A DNA stretch of 63,663 nucleotides, counting the filler, from Globobulimina sp. (Eukaryota), in NCBI GenBank assembly GCA_003354225.1. It is 34 parts of 34 records of this genome, joined end to end, with 100 filler letters (N's around TTAATTAATTAA, not from the genome) between each part and the next. Parts side by side here need not be neighbours in the genome. Positions count along the whole stretch, not along the records: positions 46,897 to 48,671 come from PIVH01012092.1; positions 48,772 to 50,545 come from PIVH01012093.1; positions 50,646 to 52,419 come from PIVH01012094.1; positions 52,520 to 54,293 come from PIVH01012095.1; positions 54,394 to 56,167 come from PIVH01012096.1; positions 56,268 to 58,041 come from PIVH01012097.1; positions 58,142 to 59,915 come from PIVH01012098.1; 27 more parts are not named here. One strand, 5' to 3'. Below, piece after piece: positions 46,897 to 59,788 of the stretch. The position numbers and the translations under genes were made by a program. How positions within the stretch are numbered: the first letter of the stretch is position 1; every line of letters starts with the position of its first letter. The notes under the pieces are model-generated. The model saw only the letters and a list, made by a program, of their open reading frames with translations. It was not told the DNA's origin and searched no databases.

Positions 46897-48541
46897 TTTA
46901 AATATATTGTCAAAAAAGCAAAATCTGATCGTTCTTTGGTACATATTATATTTATTATATATCCATCCTTGCACTCTCCACATAAATTATTAATACATAG
47001 AATGTCATCGCCAATGAAGAACAAAAAGCGTTAATTACAATGGATAGAAAGATCCAATCAATCGAGCAATCCATGCAAAACATTGACGAAATACAAAGAG
47101 GTAAAACTGTGATAATATATTACAGCTCATTTGATATTTATTGTGCCATAATTCATAAATATAACAGGAATTGATGAACAAATTGCAAACTGTAGCAAAC
47201 AAATTGAAGCCGCATTTTTTGATGCAATCACTGCATTGAATAAACGCAAAACAACATTAATAAATAAATTAAAGCAAACCGCAAATGTTTACAAACAAAA
47301 ACTAAAGAATAACAACAAACAATTAAATCAACAACACTCTCAATCCAAAAAGGTTAAGTTTTCCATTTATATATTAATTATATACGATATTTGGGTGTTG
47401 TTTACCACAGAAATTGGATTCTTGTCATAATTTATTGCGAAAACCAGTTGAAATCCAACATATGGACCAAAGGAAAAAGGTGATATTAAATATGGCCAAA
47501 GATGTAAACAATATAAATATTCCAAGTATACGTCCCGACGAATATAAAATTAATATATCAATGGATAAAAGTGAGCTTATTCAAATTGTAAATAATTTTG
47601 GTGAGGTTTCAGTAGCAACCATACCAACACCGATATTATTATCCATCGACAGTTCGACCCATCCAATAAAATTGCAGTGGAAATTACAAAATTATGACGA
47701 AAACAAACAGGCAAACAACAGGAATAAAAAAATCAAAGTAGAATGGACCAAATTAGAGTTAAAAGAGAATGATGGCATTGATGGGGATGAGGACGAAAAG
47801 GAAATGAAAGGAAATTTCAATAAGAAAGAAATATTTGCTGTAAATAATTATAATGATAATGGCAATGAGATATTATTAAATATTGGAGATGCAATCGGTA
47901 AATATATTTTTAAATTGCATTATTTTGCTTCAAACTCTTGGTCTCTTCCAAGTAATATACAATCAATCAAATGCAAAAAGCGATGTTATGAGATGCGGTT
48001 TGATAACACTCAGAAACATGGCGATGATTTACAGTTTATTGGGGATAATATTGTTAAAAAAATAAACAATGACAATTGGTCAGTCTGTTTATTTGGAAAT
48101 GAAATAAATGATACAATGTGTAATCAGTTTAAAATGTCCATACAAATTACAAACTGTCCAACAAATGGTTATTTTAAGTTTTTAATGGGTTATATCACTT
48201 CGACGCCAGATAATTCGATTAAAGATTGGAATGACTATCTAGGAAATGGTGCGAATCAAGAAAATTCAGTTGGAATTTATGTATATTCTGCATACAATTA
48301 TTTTGCATCACAGATCAAAAACAAATACACAGATTTAACTAATTATAAAGCACCAAATAAATTTAAGAAGAATGATACATTTATGTTGTTTTTCAATTTT
48401 GAAAGCGATGAATTAAAAGTTTATCACAATGGAACAGCGGCAGAAACATTAACATTGGCTGGCTGTAAAAAAATTGTTTCTGCTTTTTCAATAAGTGACA
48501 AAGATACAGAAATAAAAGTATCAAAATGTGAGTTTTTGTAA
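46897..48541 (+). CDS. Coiled-coil plus FN3-like plus SPRY-like protein, 5' partial; introns 46939-47000, 47101-47167, 47353-47410
   Basis: Three GT-AG introns restore one frame; B-box-type coiled coil, WSLPSN, and a beta-rich C-terminus (FNFESDELKVYHNG). Confidence 0.65.
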
Positions 48542-48771
48542 ATTCTAATTAATAGTATATTATTCCACGTTGCTTTGCCAATATAATAATTGTTTTAAAG
48601 CTTGAGTCTCGCTGTTTTAGGTTCGTTGAATCATGGCATTCAATATTTTGCTAAGCATTATTATTTCATTTNNNNNNNNNNNNNNNNNNNNNNNNNNNNN
48701 NNNNNNNNNNNNNNNTTAATTAATTAANNNNNNNNNNNNNNNNNNNNNNNNNNNNNNNNNNNNNNNNNNNN

Positions 48772-50153
48772 TTGTAGATCTCATTAGTCCGTGCTTCGCC
48801 CGCCATGCCATCCGCCAAAGCAGCAGCGGGTATGGCCGCAGCAAAGGTTTTATGATCCATAAATCCATTCAACTTCCTTGCAATTTTCATGTCAAAAATA
48901 GTACACAAATCACGCACAAAATGTTGACAGTTGTTCTTTGTGATGGAATATCTGTGGTTGCCATTCATTGATAGCCATTTTATGACCAACTTACCAATAC
49001 ATTCAATACTTATTTTACCGACATATATAGTCTCAATATTGACCCATTTGCTTGTGAAATAAGTGTGATTATCTTTATCTTTTTCAGGTGGCCACCAACA
49101 CCAAAATATCCTACGATGCATGGACGTGTTTGCGAATATTTGCGTCGTTACAATTCCATGGTTTTTGTTGTGTGCAAAGAATTCAATGGTCGCTAATTGC
49201 CGTTTTCCTTCGAGTTTGATGGCCCAATGATTGAATTTAAACAATCGCGCTGATGTATCATTGACCGGTCTGCGAACAATGTAAAGTGTGTGGAATATAT
49301 ATTCATCGCCTGATTTGTTTAATAATTTGGATGGATCTCTGATGGTTTGCTGCTTGGAAATGCTCTCGAAAGCCTCTAATTTATTTATTGCCAATGAGCG
49401 TAATAATAATTGCAAGTTTGTATCAAATGATAAGGTCTCAAAAACAAATGTTTCTTTGCATAATGATGGTGATGAAAATATAATATTTAAATATTTGGCG
49501 ATTGATAATAAATCGGATAATTTCGCTGCTTTTATGCCACCGAATAATTTATTTTGTTTTTGCGGCAATTTGGGTTTGTTTATGAATTTTTCTTCTTCGT
49601 CCATTTGTGATACCATTTCAGATCCACGTTTTTTTAATATGGATGCATATTTTTTGCATTTGGAGATCGATGGATAGGCCTCGTTGTATGCAAAATATTT
49701 ATGCCCCGATGACATATGTTTAATTATTGCAGCATCAATTTGTTGTAATTGATGGTAAGAAACACGAAATGTTTTATATGCATATGTTTTTTCTAATTTA
49801 TATTTGGAGTTTTTAGATTTTTGATGGTGTAATGAATGGGGGAAGAATATATTGCACGTAAATTCCCAGTCACTATGTGGCATTGATATCGACCTTCCGG
49901 TTATATGTTGAGTTGTTAACAATGATTCAGAATCAAATCTGTCTTTATATTCTTGTACTTGGTACGTTGAGGCCACTGTTAATTCTCCATTTTTAATCAT
50001 TTTATTAATTAAAATATCGGTTGGTTTTGGTTGTAGTGGTGGCAAATCATTGTATGATATGGTTGTTTGGCATGACTTACCAATTGGGTCGACGCTACCG
50101 CTACATCGTGTTGACACGCTACTTCGTGCCAACATTATTGCATTTGTTTTCAA
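48772..50153 (-). CDS. PX-like domain plus permuted papain-like (PPPDE/LRAT-type) domain protein, 3' partial
   Basis: FRVSYHQL...PKLPQK...YLNII (PX-like); HWAIKL...YSITKNNCQHFV (His before Cys). Confidence 0.65.
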
Positions 50154-50484
50154 TAGTGGAGTGACACTGGAGTCGCGAAAACGTTTTTAGTTTTATGTTC
50201 AAGAATACTAAATAACAAGAATATGTAACCAAGCTGAAAACCTTGTTCAGTTTGTATTGACTGTTGATTGAGCAGGAAAGCTCTTAGTATGTTGTTCCTG
50301 GTGTGCTAATTAGTCTGTTTGCTAATTTTAAGCAAATTTCATTTCATTAATGTTTGTAATAGATAGAAATTTCAGCGGCATATAGAAACTCAATGGACAA
50401 TAAAGGCGAAACAACTACAACCCACAATTTTAGATTCAACGCATCTAAATACGATTTATGGTCAATTATGGATGATATTAAAAC

Positions 50485-50545
50485 TATCGCCTAGCTCAAG
50501 TAGAGCACTGGATAGATATATCCAGAAGATTCAGGTTCAAAGCCT
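50485..50545 (+). tRNA. tRNA-like fragment (pseudo-tRNA or SINE head), truncated at the contig end
   Basis: A-box TAGCTCAAGTAGAGC, stem CTGGA/TCCAG, B-box GGTTCAAAGCC; abnormal 8-nt anticodon loop. Confidence 0.5.
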
Positions 50546-50645
50546 NNNNNNNNNNNNNNNNNNNNNNNNNNNNNNNNNNNNNNNNNNNNTTAATTAATTA
50601 ANNNNNNNNNNNNNNNNNNNNNNNNNNNNNNNNNNNNNNNNNNNN

Positions 50646-52197
50646 CATTCCCATCCTCCTCCTCCTTTACAATCGTGACAGCATAGGAATGATGGAAACT
50701 TATCTCAACCACTCTTAACGTCACGTGCTGGTTCGGATTCTCTGTTAAACGTTGAAACTGCGGCTCATACGGCCGCAAAATGATAGATTCCTTCACATTA
50801 TTAATCAAATTCAGTATATCATTATCACTCACATCCGGATGGAATAGCAAGCCAACAATGGATAAATTATGACACGATCGAACCATGAACTCAATCCCTT
50901 GTAAGATGTGCATCGTAGAATGGAAATATCCTTCAAAAGATTTCAATTTCCTACAATATTTCGCCAAATGCTGCAGCGTCTCAGAAGTGTATGAACAGGC
51001 AATAAAGTCAGGATGGGCACTGCCAAAATATAAAACCACATGAAACTCCTCAATATTTGGCAGATTCATGATGCATTTATGCACAAATTCCAGTGGAGTT
51101 TGCGCATCGAAGCCACGGAATGATTTCAAAGTGGCTGGCAACGTGGCAGGAATGTTCCAAAATGATTTGGAGTCCCACCGATCGTCCGTGTTGTTGTAGA
51201 TTAATGGCACGAAGAAGTGTTGCAACTGCCGGGCACAGGATAGCAATGCTACGATATGGTTGGGCATGACGCCCGGCGCACACTCAATGCGCGTGATGGG
51301 CAATATGTAATTGTCACAATTACAGTCACCGCTCCCTACTGAATGCTGCTTGACATTGCGATACAAGTCGTTGCAAATAGGCGATAATTGATTGAACTCA
51401 AACTTCCAGACACCGTCATAGAGGCCGATATGGATATTTTTTAATGTTAGGCAATATTTTGAGATTAAGTGCCAGATGATTTGCCAACTTATTTTGTCTT
51501 TTGCAAGACATTCAAAATCGAGTGATTGCAAATTTGTGCATGAGCGAGATAGAAATAATTCAAATTCGAGCTGGTAATATGGAATATTTGTGTTGATTTC
51601 GTAAGAGGTTAAGGACAATTCCTTCCATACTAACGAGTCTGAAGATAATTCATTGAAGAAAGTGTTTAAAATGACCAAATTGCGTATTTTGTCTTTTTGG
51701 GTTAAGTAATTTTGGAGGATGTAAATCCAACAATTTTTACCGATTGATTTGTAATCTATCACTTCGTTTTCGTTTTCTTTTTCCTTTTCTTCTTTGTTTT
51801 CGTCGGTGGTCTCACTGTCTGGACTCACAGATTTGTTGTTTTTATTTTTATTTTTGTTTTTATGTTGATTTAGTAGACAGATCCATTCAGTCTTTAATTT
51901 TGATTCTTGGATACTGTTATTTTCATAAAAAGATAATGTTTGCTGGTTATTGTTGTTGTTATTATCATTATCATTGTCGTTGTTGTTGACTGTGATGGTG
52001 TGTTGTTGTAATTCGCTTCTTAACGGATGGCAGGCTGTTAATGAATAAATGTATTCACAAATAATAAATCGATATAATTCACTACTTTTAGTATGAAATA
52101 AATTATTTATTCCAATATCTGATGCTTCATTGATTTTGTTTAATAAAGACGCTTGAAATACATCTGCTGTTTGATAACGACCACTTTTTAAAGCCAT
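50646..52197 (-). CDS. F-box plus LRR-like protein, partial
   Basis: IGKNCWIYILQNYLTQKDKIRNLVILNTFFNELSSDSLVWKELSL, then LxxL..C.xL repeats. Confidence 0.75.
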
Positions 52198-52749
52198 AAC
52201 ACTCTCTTTATACTCAAAGTTTTTTAATTGACAATTTTCGAAGAAGAAGATTTTGTTTGCTTAGATTAAACGCTCCGACAACAAATAAATAGGAACAGAA
52301 ACATACACAAACATGCATTCATGGGATCAAACATATTCAATGGTACAACAAAACAATGGATCTGCCACACATTATTATTTGTCAAACAAAAGAAGATTAT
52401 TATTTCCATATTACCAGCANNNNNNNNNNNNNNNNNNNNNNNNNNNNNNNNNNNNNNNNNNNNTTAATTAATTAANNNNNNNNNNNNNNNNNNNNNNNNN
52501 NNNNNNNNNNNNNNNNNNNATTCTGTCCTGGTTGCAATTGTGTATTTTGTTTTTGTTTCTGTTGAACATTCACTTCATAAATTGATGCCTTCTTTTTTCC
52601 TCTTGCTTTTGCTCCTGGATAAGCCATAAATTATTTATGATTTTGAAAACTTCGGGAAAAGGTACTAAATAATACTGCGAATTTGCGACAAGTGCGTAAC
52701 GTGCAATAATCACAATCGATTTTAAATAAAAAAACCAGCTACAATCACT

Positions 52750-54234
52750 TCAATAATCATCCATAGTGCCCGCACTCACAAACGTATTCAATTTCGATCT
52801 CGTAAAAGTCGGATTTTGTGCATTATAATAATTCTCCATCCTGCCACCATAACTTGCATTTGAATCATAGCGTATTGCGCCTTTAAACACTGGTTTTGCG
52901 CCAACTTTTTTACCCTTTTTTTTCTTCCTTTTCCATGCCTTCAATTCCTCTTTATATTCCAGCATTAATTTTTCTTGGTGTACTTCAAATAAACTCCTCC
53001 TTTGTCCATTGTCATTATCCTTTTCCTTTTCCATTACATCCCTATTATTATTCACATTTTCTTCGACTTCAAGCGTATTTTTGTTGTGTTGTTTCACTGT
53101 CGGCAGTCCAATTTTTTTCAATTTCTTATTTGTATCCTTATGTATTCTCATAATCCGTTTCTTTTCTTTCCTTTCTTTTATGAGATCATCAGGTGTCTCC
53201 ATCCATGTTTTATCCATTTTTTGTTCATTCGAATTCATACTAAAAGCTCTGTTTTTAGCTTTATCAAAATCAGATAAAAATGAATCTGGCATCGTTGTGA
53301 TCCATTCTTCTCTTTTATTGTTACTATTATCCAAAACTTGTTCGCCTTTGATTTTTTTACTCATTTCATTGTAGATTTTTGTGTGTGTCATTTGTAAGTA
53401 ACGTTTGTTGTCATCTCCATTCACAACATCCGGACCATAATCATCGTCCTCCTCCCCCTCTGATGAATATTTGTTATTTAATAAATCATCATTTGTTGGC
53501 ATTGCAACTCCGATAAACTCAGAGTTGTCCGATGACTTAATGTCCGATGTTTGTATAATTGGGTTTGATGGCGGCATTATAGGGCCGATAAAATTTGTGT
53601 TTTTAAGTGTTTTTATAGTGGGAACAGGTTTTTTTAATTCGGATTTGAACATAGATAATAAAGAGGTGGATTTATCGTTTCTGGTGTAATGTATTTGATC
53701 ATTGGAGTGCAACGATAAAAAAGTAAATATCATTTTTAGTGGTTTTTGATATTCGAGGTTTTGATTGGAAATAGATATTGATTCGTTATTGTCCAATTTA
53801 GTAAATATGTTTGTCATAAATTGTTTTGTTTGATCATTATCACAAAACATATTCAATACGGATTTAGCATTAGTTATCATTTTTTGTTGTGTGTAATGAT
53901 CTGTTTTGTTATTGTTTAATTTCCTTTTTTTGTGTTTTGGCTGTTGTTCCTTTGTGAGTGAGTTTGATTTATTTTGATTACGATGTCGTTTTTTGGAATG
54001 TTTATGCTTGGTTTTGGATTTGGATTTTTTGTGATGTTTTGATTTTTTTTCTTTCTTATGCTTTTTATGTCGTTTTTTCTCTTTGTGTTTATGTTTGTGG
54101 TGTTTGGATCTGTGCTTTTTTCGTTTGTGTTTAGAATGATAGTCAGAGGACGAGGATGATGAATCAGAGTATGAATCGAAGGAAGATGAGTCGCCGCTGC
54201 TGCAGTAGTTATGTTTCGATGACATGTTGAACAA
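52750..54234 (-). CDS. GPALPP1: GPALPP-motif protein 1 (DUF3752) homologue
   Basis: FIGPIMPP, FIGVAMP, DDDYGP, REEWITTMP, WMETP, SLFEVHQEK; Ser- and Lys/His-rich N-terminus. Confidence 0.75.
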   Translation of the reverse strand: MFNMSSKHNYCSSGDSSSFDSYSDSSSSSSDYHSKHKRKKHRSKHHKHKHKEKKRHKKHKKEKKSKHHKKSKSKTKHKHSKKRHRNQNKSNSLTKEQQPKHKKRKLNNNKTDHYTQQKMITNAKSVLNMFCDNDQTKQFMTNIFTKLDNNESISISNQNLEYQKPLKMIFTFLSLHSNDQIHYTRNDKSTSLLSMFKSELKKPVPTIKTLKNTNFIGPIMPPSNPIIQTSDIKSSDNSEFIGVAMPTNDDLLNNKYSSEGEEDDDYGPDVVNGDDNKRYLQMTHTKIYNEMSKKIKGEQVLDNSNNKREEWITTMPDSFLSDFDKAKNRAFSMNSNEQKMDKTWMETPDDLIKERKEKKRIMRIHKDTNKKLKKIGLPTVKQHNKNTLEVEENVNNNRDVMEKEKDNDNGQRRSLFEVHQEKLMLEYKEELKAWKRKKKKGKKVGAKPVFKGAIRYDSNASYGGRMENYYNAQNPTFTRSKLNTFVSAGTMDDY

Positions 54235-54393
54235 AATTTTGGTATTAAATAAACAAACTTACAGTGAGTGCACTACTGGAAAACCATCAAAGTNNNNNNN
54301 NNNNNNNNNNNNNNNNNNNNNNNNNNNNNNNNNNNNNTTAATTAATTAANNNNNNNNNNNNNNNNNNNNNNNNNNNNNNNNNNNNNNNNNNNN

Positions 54394-54764
54394 TTAGTGC
54401 AGAGCTTGCGATAAAAAATAAGGTTGTTTGTGAAGAGAAGAAACGGAATAATGGATTTAAAGAAACAATGGAAACGTTGGAAATACGGAATAAGAAATTG
54501 ATGAAAGAGAGGGATGGATTGGAAAGGAAAAATAAAGCAAAAGAGAGACAAATGCAACAGTTGTTGCAACAGTTAGGATTGCAGCAAAAGAAAGAGAGGC
54601 AGAGTCAAAAAATAAATGATGATGTCAAGTGTGATAATGTTGCGATTGAGAGAGGGGATAATGAATCAAATGGGAGTTGGCTTGCTGTCTCAAATCGGTC
54701 GGATAGTGGTGGTAATAATCAACAATTACAGGCAAGACCAATAAATAAAAAATCGAATAAATAA
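54394..54764 (+). CDS. Coiled-coil protein C-terminal fragment
   Basis: K/E/Q-rich heptads. Confidence 0.45.
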
Positions 54765-54866
54765 TTATAATTGTGTTCACCTTTTTGTGTGTAGAACTTT
54801 TATATTTTTTTCTCTAAAAAACTGTACGTAAATAAAAAACGCCGCTCCTGTTTTCAATTAATTGCT

Positions 54867-56167
54867 ATGTTTCCTTTGAACCCCGGTGTGTGGGTCCTTT
54901 GTGTTATACAGTTATCAATATCAATGCATATGGATAGAATGATAATGGTGGATCCATTGGAAATACAGAGTGTCAGTAATCGAATATCCATTACATACGG
55001 GATGCATTTGCTTCGTCCATATGAGAAAGCAGTGTTGTTTAACAGGAATATTAATAGAGATGATTTACCAAACACAGATTTGTTTGTATTTTCAGATAAT
55101 ATTTATTCAATCACAGATAAAATAGATCATAGTGACATTGAATTAATGCGTTATCAAAAGAGAGTATGGAAAAACATGTTTGAAGCAATTCGTTTCCACG
55201 ACAATAATCTTACAATTTTATTAAATCCGCATTTTTTTAATAATGACATTACTTCCGGTTTATTTCAGCGTATTGTTGAAAGTAAGAAAGAACACAATCT
55301 GTGTCATATCGTTTTGTACATTGATGATGGATTGGAAATTGGTCTAATCATCAAACAAATGATTGAAAGACTACTGAATGTATCACAGTTAATTGATGCC
55401 ATCATTACCACCAAATCGCATTCTACTAAAAAACGCAAAGTATTGATGGATATAGAAACGCAAATTAATCGCCAAGCAGGACAGGACAGACTGGATCTAA
55501 CCAAATACAAACAAATCAAATTGTATTATGATCAAAGTTTTAATGTTGAAATAAATAAACCACGCTGGAGAACAAACTTATTTGTGCAAAACACCAGTTG
55601 TCATCAGTTTGATCCGTGGAATACTTTACAGTTTGCATCTTGAATACAAGATAACTGATTGTTTGCTTTTTTGTGCATCTTTCTTTATTTTACGGTTTTG
55701 AACTAGAGTGGATATACATATTTTATCTACAAGGAATGTCCAAAAGGGAAGAACTAATATTCACAATCAAATCGTGTGCCTGTGAAGCAATCAATGGTGA
55801 GTATGGTACTAATTACTTGTTGGTAGATGAAGAATTTCATGCGTTTCTAACTAAAAATATAAATAAACGGATGGATGACAACAATGACAGTTATTATATA
55901 AGGAAACTTCATATATTTGCACATAAATTGTTTGGTAATTCAGTCGCAAATAAAGAAAATAATTATCTTTTATTTCTTTGTCAAAATAAAGTGACCAATT
56001 TAAAAAACAAATGGTATGTAGCAAAATACAGTGGAAATGAGAGTGATATTGAATTAATTTATTATGCGAATGATAGAATATCTTCCAGCAAATATTTTGC
56101 ACCAATAATAGGATGGAAACCATATAACGATACAATCAAAAACGAAATAATAATCAATTTATTTGAT
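54867..56167 (+). CDS. Hypothetical protein with N-terminal hydrophobic leader, in two ORFs (intron or lesion near 55630-55710), 3' partial
   Basis: Consecutive same-strand ORFs 54867-55643 and 55673 onward. Confidence 0.45.
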
Positions 56168-56313
56168 NNNNNNNNNNNNNNNNNNNNNNNNNNNNNNNNN
56201 NNNNNNNNNNNTTAATTAATTAANNNNNNNNNNNNNNNNNNNNNNNNNNNNNNNNNNNNNNNNNNNNCGTACATAAACAAATCAAATCAAATATAAATCA
56301 AAACACATTACAA

Positions 56314-58041
56314 ATGAAAGGATGCACATTTACAAACACTTCGCGCAAATCAAATTGTTCAATTTGCAATTTATCCTATAAACAATCTAAATCATATAAA
56401 ACAAAACAACCAAAAGCCGCATTTATTAGACCCAGTCCCCATAACAAAGGATTTAGTAATAAACCTAAAAATTCTCCAGTCACATTAGCTGATTTTTGCG
56501 ATAATATTATGCATCAATTAAAGCCCTCAGTACCTGTATGGATATGTAATGTATGCACATATTGTAACATTCAGCAACTACCACTCTGTCAAATGTGTTT
56601 TAATCCATATTCATTGAATGAACAACAAGATTATGAATATGTTAGCTCCGCGGAACAACAACTTATCATTGACAGCGTTAATCTGTCTAAAAAACAACAA
56701 ATCGACACAACGGATATAAAAACGAAAAAAAGAGCTAAATTCAGTGTGGATAAATTAATAAAATTAAGAGAAAAACAATGCGAATCAATGCCAGAAAATA
56801 TCATCAATGAGATACCTGATATATTATCACCTGGTTTAGGTAGAAAAATGCCGCCAAAATCACACGAAAACAGAGCGAAATTTAGCATGGATACATTGAT
56901 GAAATTACGTCGCAACAAACAATGCGAACGTATCCCTATGAATGTAATCAATGAAATGCCAAAAATATTGTCGTTCGGGTTAGGTCGTATACAGTCCACT
57001 GCAAAAAGAGCGAAATTTAGTATGGATTCATTATTGAAATTGGAAAACAGCGAAGAATGTGAATTAATGCCGCAAAATATCATAACTAATATACCGGAGA
57101 TATTATCACATGAATTTGGGGTAAAAACGGAAGAAAAATCGAAGAAAAATCGAGCAAAGTTTAGTGTGGATAAATTAATTAATTTGCGGCATACAGAATT
57201 ATGTCAATTAATGCCAGAAAATATAATCTATGAAATACCGGCGATATTATCACTTGGTTTAGGTCTGCGAATACAGCCAAAATGTGTTGCGAAACGTGAT
57301 AAATTTTCAGTAAATGAATTAAAAAAATTACGAGATTGTGAATCGTGTAAATTAATGCCTGCAAATATAATAAATGAAATACCCCATATATTATCACCAG
57401 GTTTAGGCATAAAACGCATCAAATTTAGAATGGATAAATTGATGCAATTACGACACGATACACAGTGTCAAATAATGCCAGAGAATATAATTAATAGTAT
57501 ACCAGAGATATTATCCTTTGGTTTAGGTATAAAAACGCAAAAATTACAGAAAACAGACGAAAAATGCATAGCAAATGCAAAACGAAGCAAATATGCGATA
57601 TCAAAATTAATGGAGTTACAACAGTGTAAGGTCTGTCATGCAATGCCATTGAATATAATCAATGAGATACCCGAGATATTATCATTTGGATTGGGCCATA
57701 AACATAGAAATCCAGCAAAACGAATAAAATTTACAATCAATCGATTAATTATATTGAGATATGAAGGGAATGGACGACATGGATTTAGTTTGAAGAAATT
57801 AAAAGAATTAAGATTTGCGGATGGATTTGATTCAATGCCGGATGATATTATTAATGAAATACCGCAGATATTAGCACCTGGATTGGGGGTAAAAGAGAAA
57901 AAAGAAAGGAATGGATTTGGATTGATTATGAAAGCGAGATTATTGAGAAATAATTATAGTGAAATAAATAGTAAACAAGAAACAGAGACAGTGATTGCGG
58001 AACAGATTGAAATGAATGGTAATGAGAATATGGATAAATTT
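56314..58041 (+). CDS. RanBP2/NZF zinc-finger protein with a tandem array of ~40-50-aa repeats resembling eIF4E-binding modules, 3' partial
   Basis: CTFTN...CSIC and WICNVCTYCN...CQMC; repeat consensus R.K(F/Y)S.D.L..LR....C..MP.NIINEIP.ILS.GLG. Confidence 0.85.
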
Positions 58042-58534
58042 NNNNNNNNNNNNNNNNNNNNNNNNNNNNNNNNNNNNNNNNNNNNTTAATTAATTAANNN
58101 NNNNNNNNNNNNNNNNNNNNNNNNNNNNNNNNNNNNNNNNNCTTCAATTTCTGTATCATTAACACAAGGAACGAAGTCATTCAATTTTGATGCGTGTTGG
58201 TTTATCACTGATTATCTACAAGCAATGCAACAAGCATTTAACTATGGAATGGTTATGATTATGTCCTACTGGGTATGCAGTACTATGCACATATTTAAAT
58301 TGGACTTAATATTATACACTCTATGTTTTTTAATAGGGTGACACCTGGGATACAATGAATTGGTTGGATAGAATGACTGGATGTGCAGGTGATTGCGATG
58401 TGAATGGACAAGCAATTTTCAGTGATATCGAAATTTCGTAGAAAAACGTTTTTGAGATTTTCAGTAAAGTTTTTCAAAAACTAGCCTTCATCAAACTGCT
58501 CGCATCATACAGTCGTCATAAACAAATCTAAACC

Positions 58535-59051
58535 ATGCCAGGTCTACCAGCCGATGTTCAGGAAGAAGTAAAAGAATGTTTTGATTTATTTGACAGAACA
58601 GGGTCCGGCAAAATAGTGGTTGATATGTTAGGGAGAATAATCCGTTCCGTAGGCCAAACGCCATCGAATGCAGAAGTCGCAGATTACATAAAAGAAATTG
58701 ATTCGGATTCAGCGGGAACTTTTGATTATGCCTCGTTAGTTGCATTGTTAGAGCGGCATTGGAAACCGCCAGCCGATGCGGACCAAGTTATTGAAGCGTT
58801 TAAAATATTCGATCCCGATGGCACAGGAATGATATCTTCAAATGAAATGCGCACTGTCATGACCAATTTAGGTGAAAAATTAACCAACGAAGAGGTGAAT
58901 GCTATGTTAAAAGAAGCGGATCCACAAAATAGTGGCAAAATTAATTATGCAGGTTTGTCATTTATTGACTCGCAAATTCGCAAATTTTAATTGTTTTTTT
59001 ATCACAGAGTTCGTAATGAATATGGCGAAGCAAACACTAAAATTAAACTAA
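58535..59051 (+). CDS. Calmodulin-like EF-hand protein / myosin light chain; intron 58953-59007
   Basis: [58 protein letters not shown]; spliced end INYAEFVMNM. Confidence 0.9.
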
Positions 59052-59214
59052 ATTCATCAAATATACTTGTTTTTTTTCTTCTGAAGCACTAAGAAATCAA
59101 TTTATTCAATGTATGGATGTTTTGTGTTTGGATTTGTTTTTGTGTTGATTGCAAGAGATGTGTTTAAATTACAATTTTCTTTCGGATTGACAAGAGAATA
59201 TTTTAATTTACAAA

Positions 59215-59660
59215 CTATTTACGTCTAAAATGAATAACAACATTGGATATATTCTTACGTCATTTTGAACTGCAAATATTGATGGATTGGCGACATTATC
59301 CTCCAATGAATCATATATTAATCCATCTGGTTTTTTTTGGCAATGTTGTCAATTGAAATCCACCATTTCCTACATTTCTTTCCCCACAAATAGCCAGACA
59401 CTGAAACATCTTAAAGACCATTCGTATTTAAAGAATAACCAACTGAATAATTGGCGCCCGCGCTAAATATGTCCCTTCAGAAAACCTTCTTTCTCAACGA
59501 ATGCCATGACTTGCTCACTTTTCGTTCCATGAAATACATACCGGTATCTTACATTCAACGTATTCTCTCCAAAAACTTGGAAAACTGCTATTCGCTACCG
59601 GTAATATCTATACAAATTAACAAATTTTTCATCTCTTTGTATGATAATGATTTAAGCATG
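59215..59660 (-). pseudogene. PARP catalytic-domain pseudogene (not in the ORF track)
   Basis: Across frameshifts: YVFHGTKSEQVM..VEKEGF, EGTYLAR..NYS, KMFQCLAICGE, YDSLEDNVANPSIF...IYPM. Confidence 0.85.
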
Positions 59661-59788
59661 ATAATATATGAAATACACTCAATTCAAATAAATTATGACC
59701 AAAATATCTCCCAAAGCAAGTTAATATTTTTAATGGTTTGCAGCACTCATTTGACTTTTTAGGCTTAAACTTCTAAACACTTCTTTTG

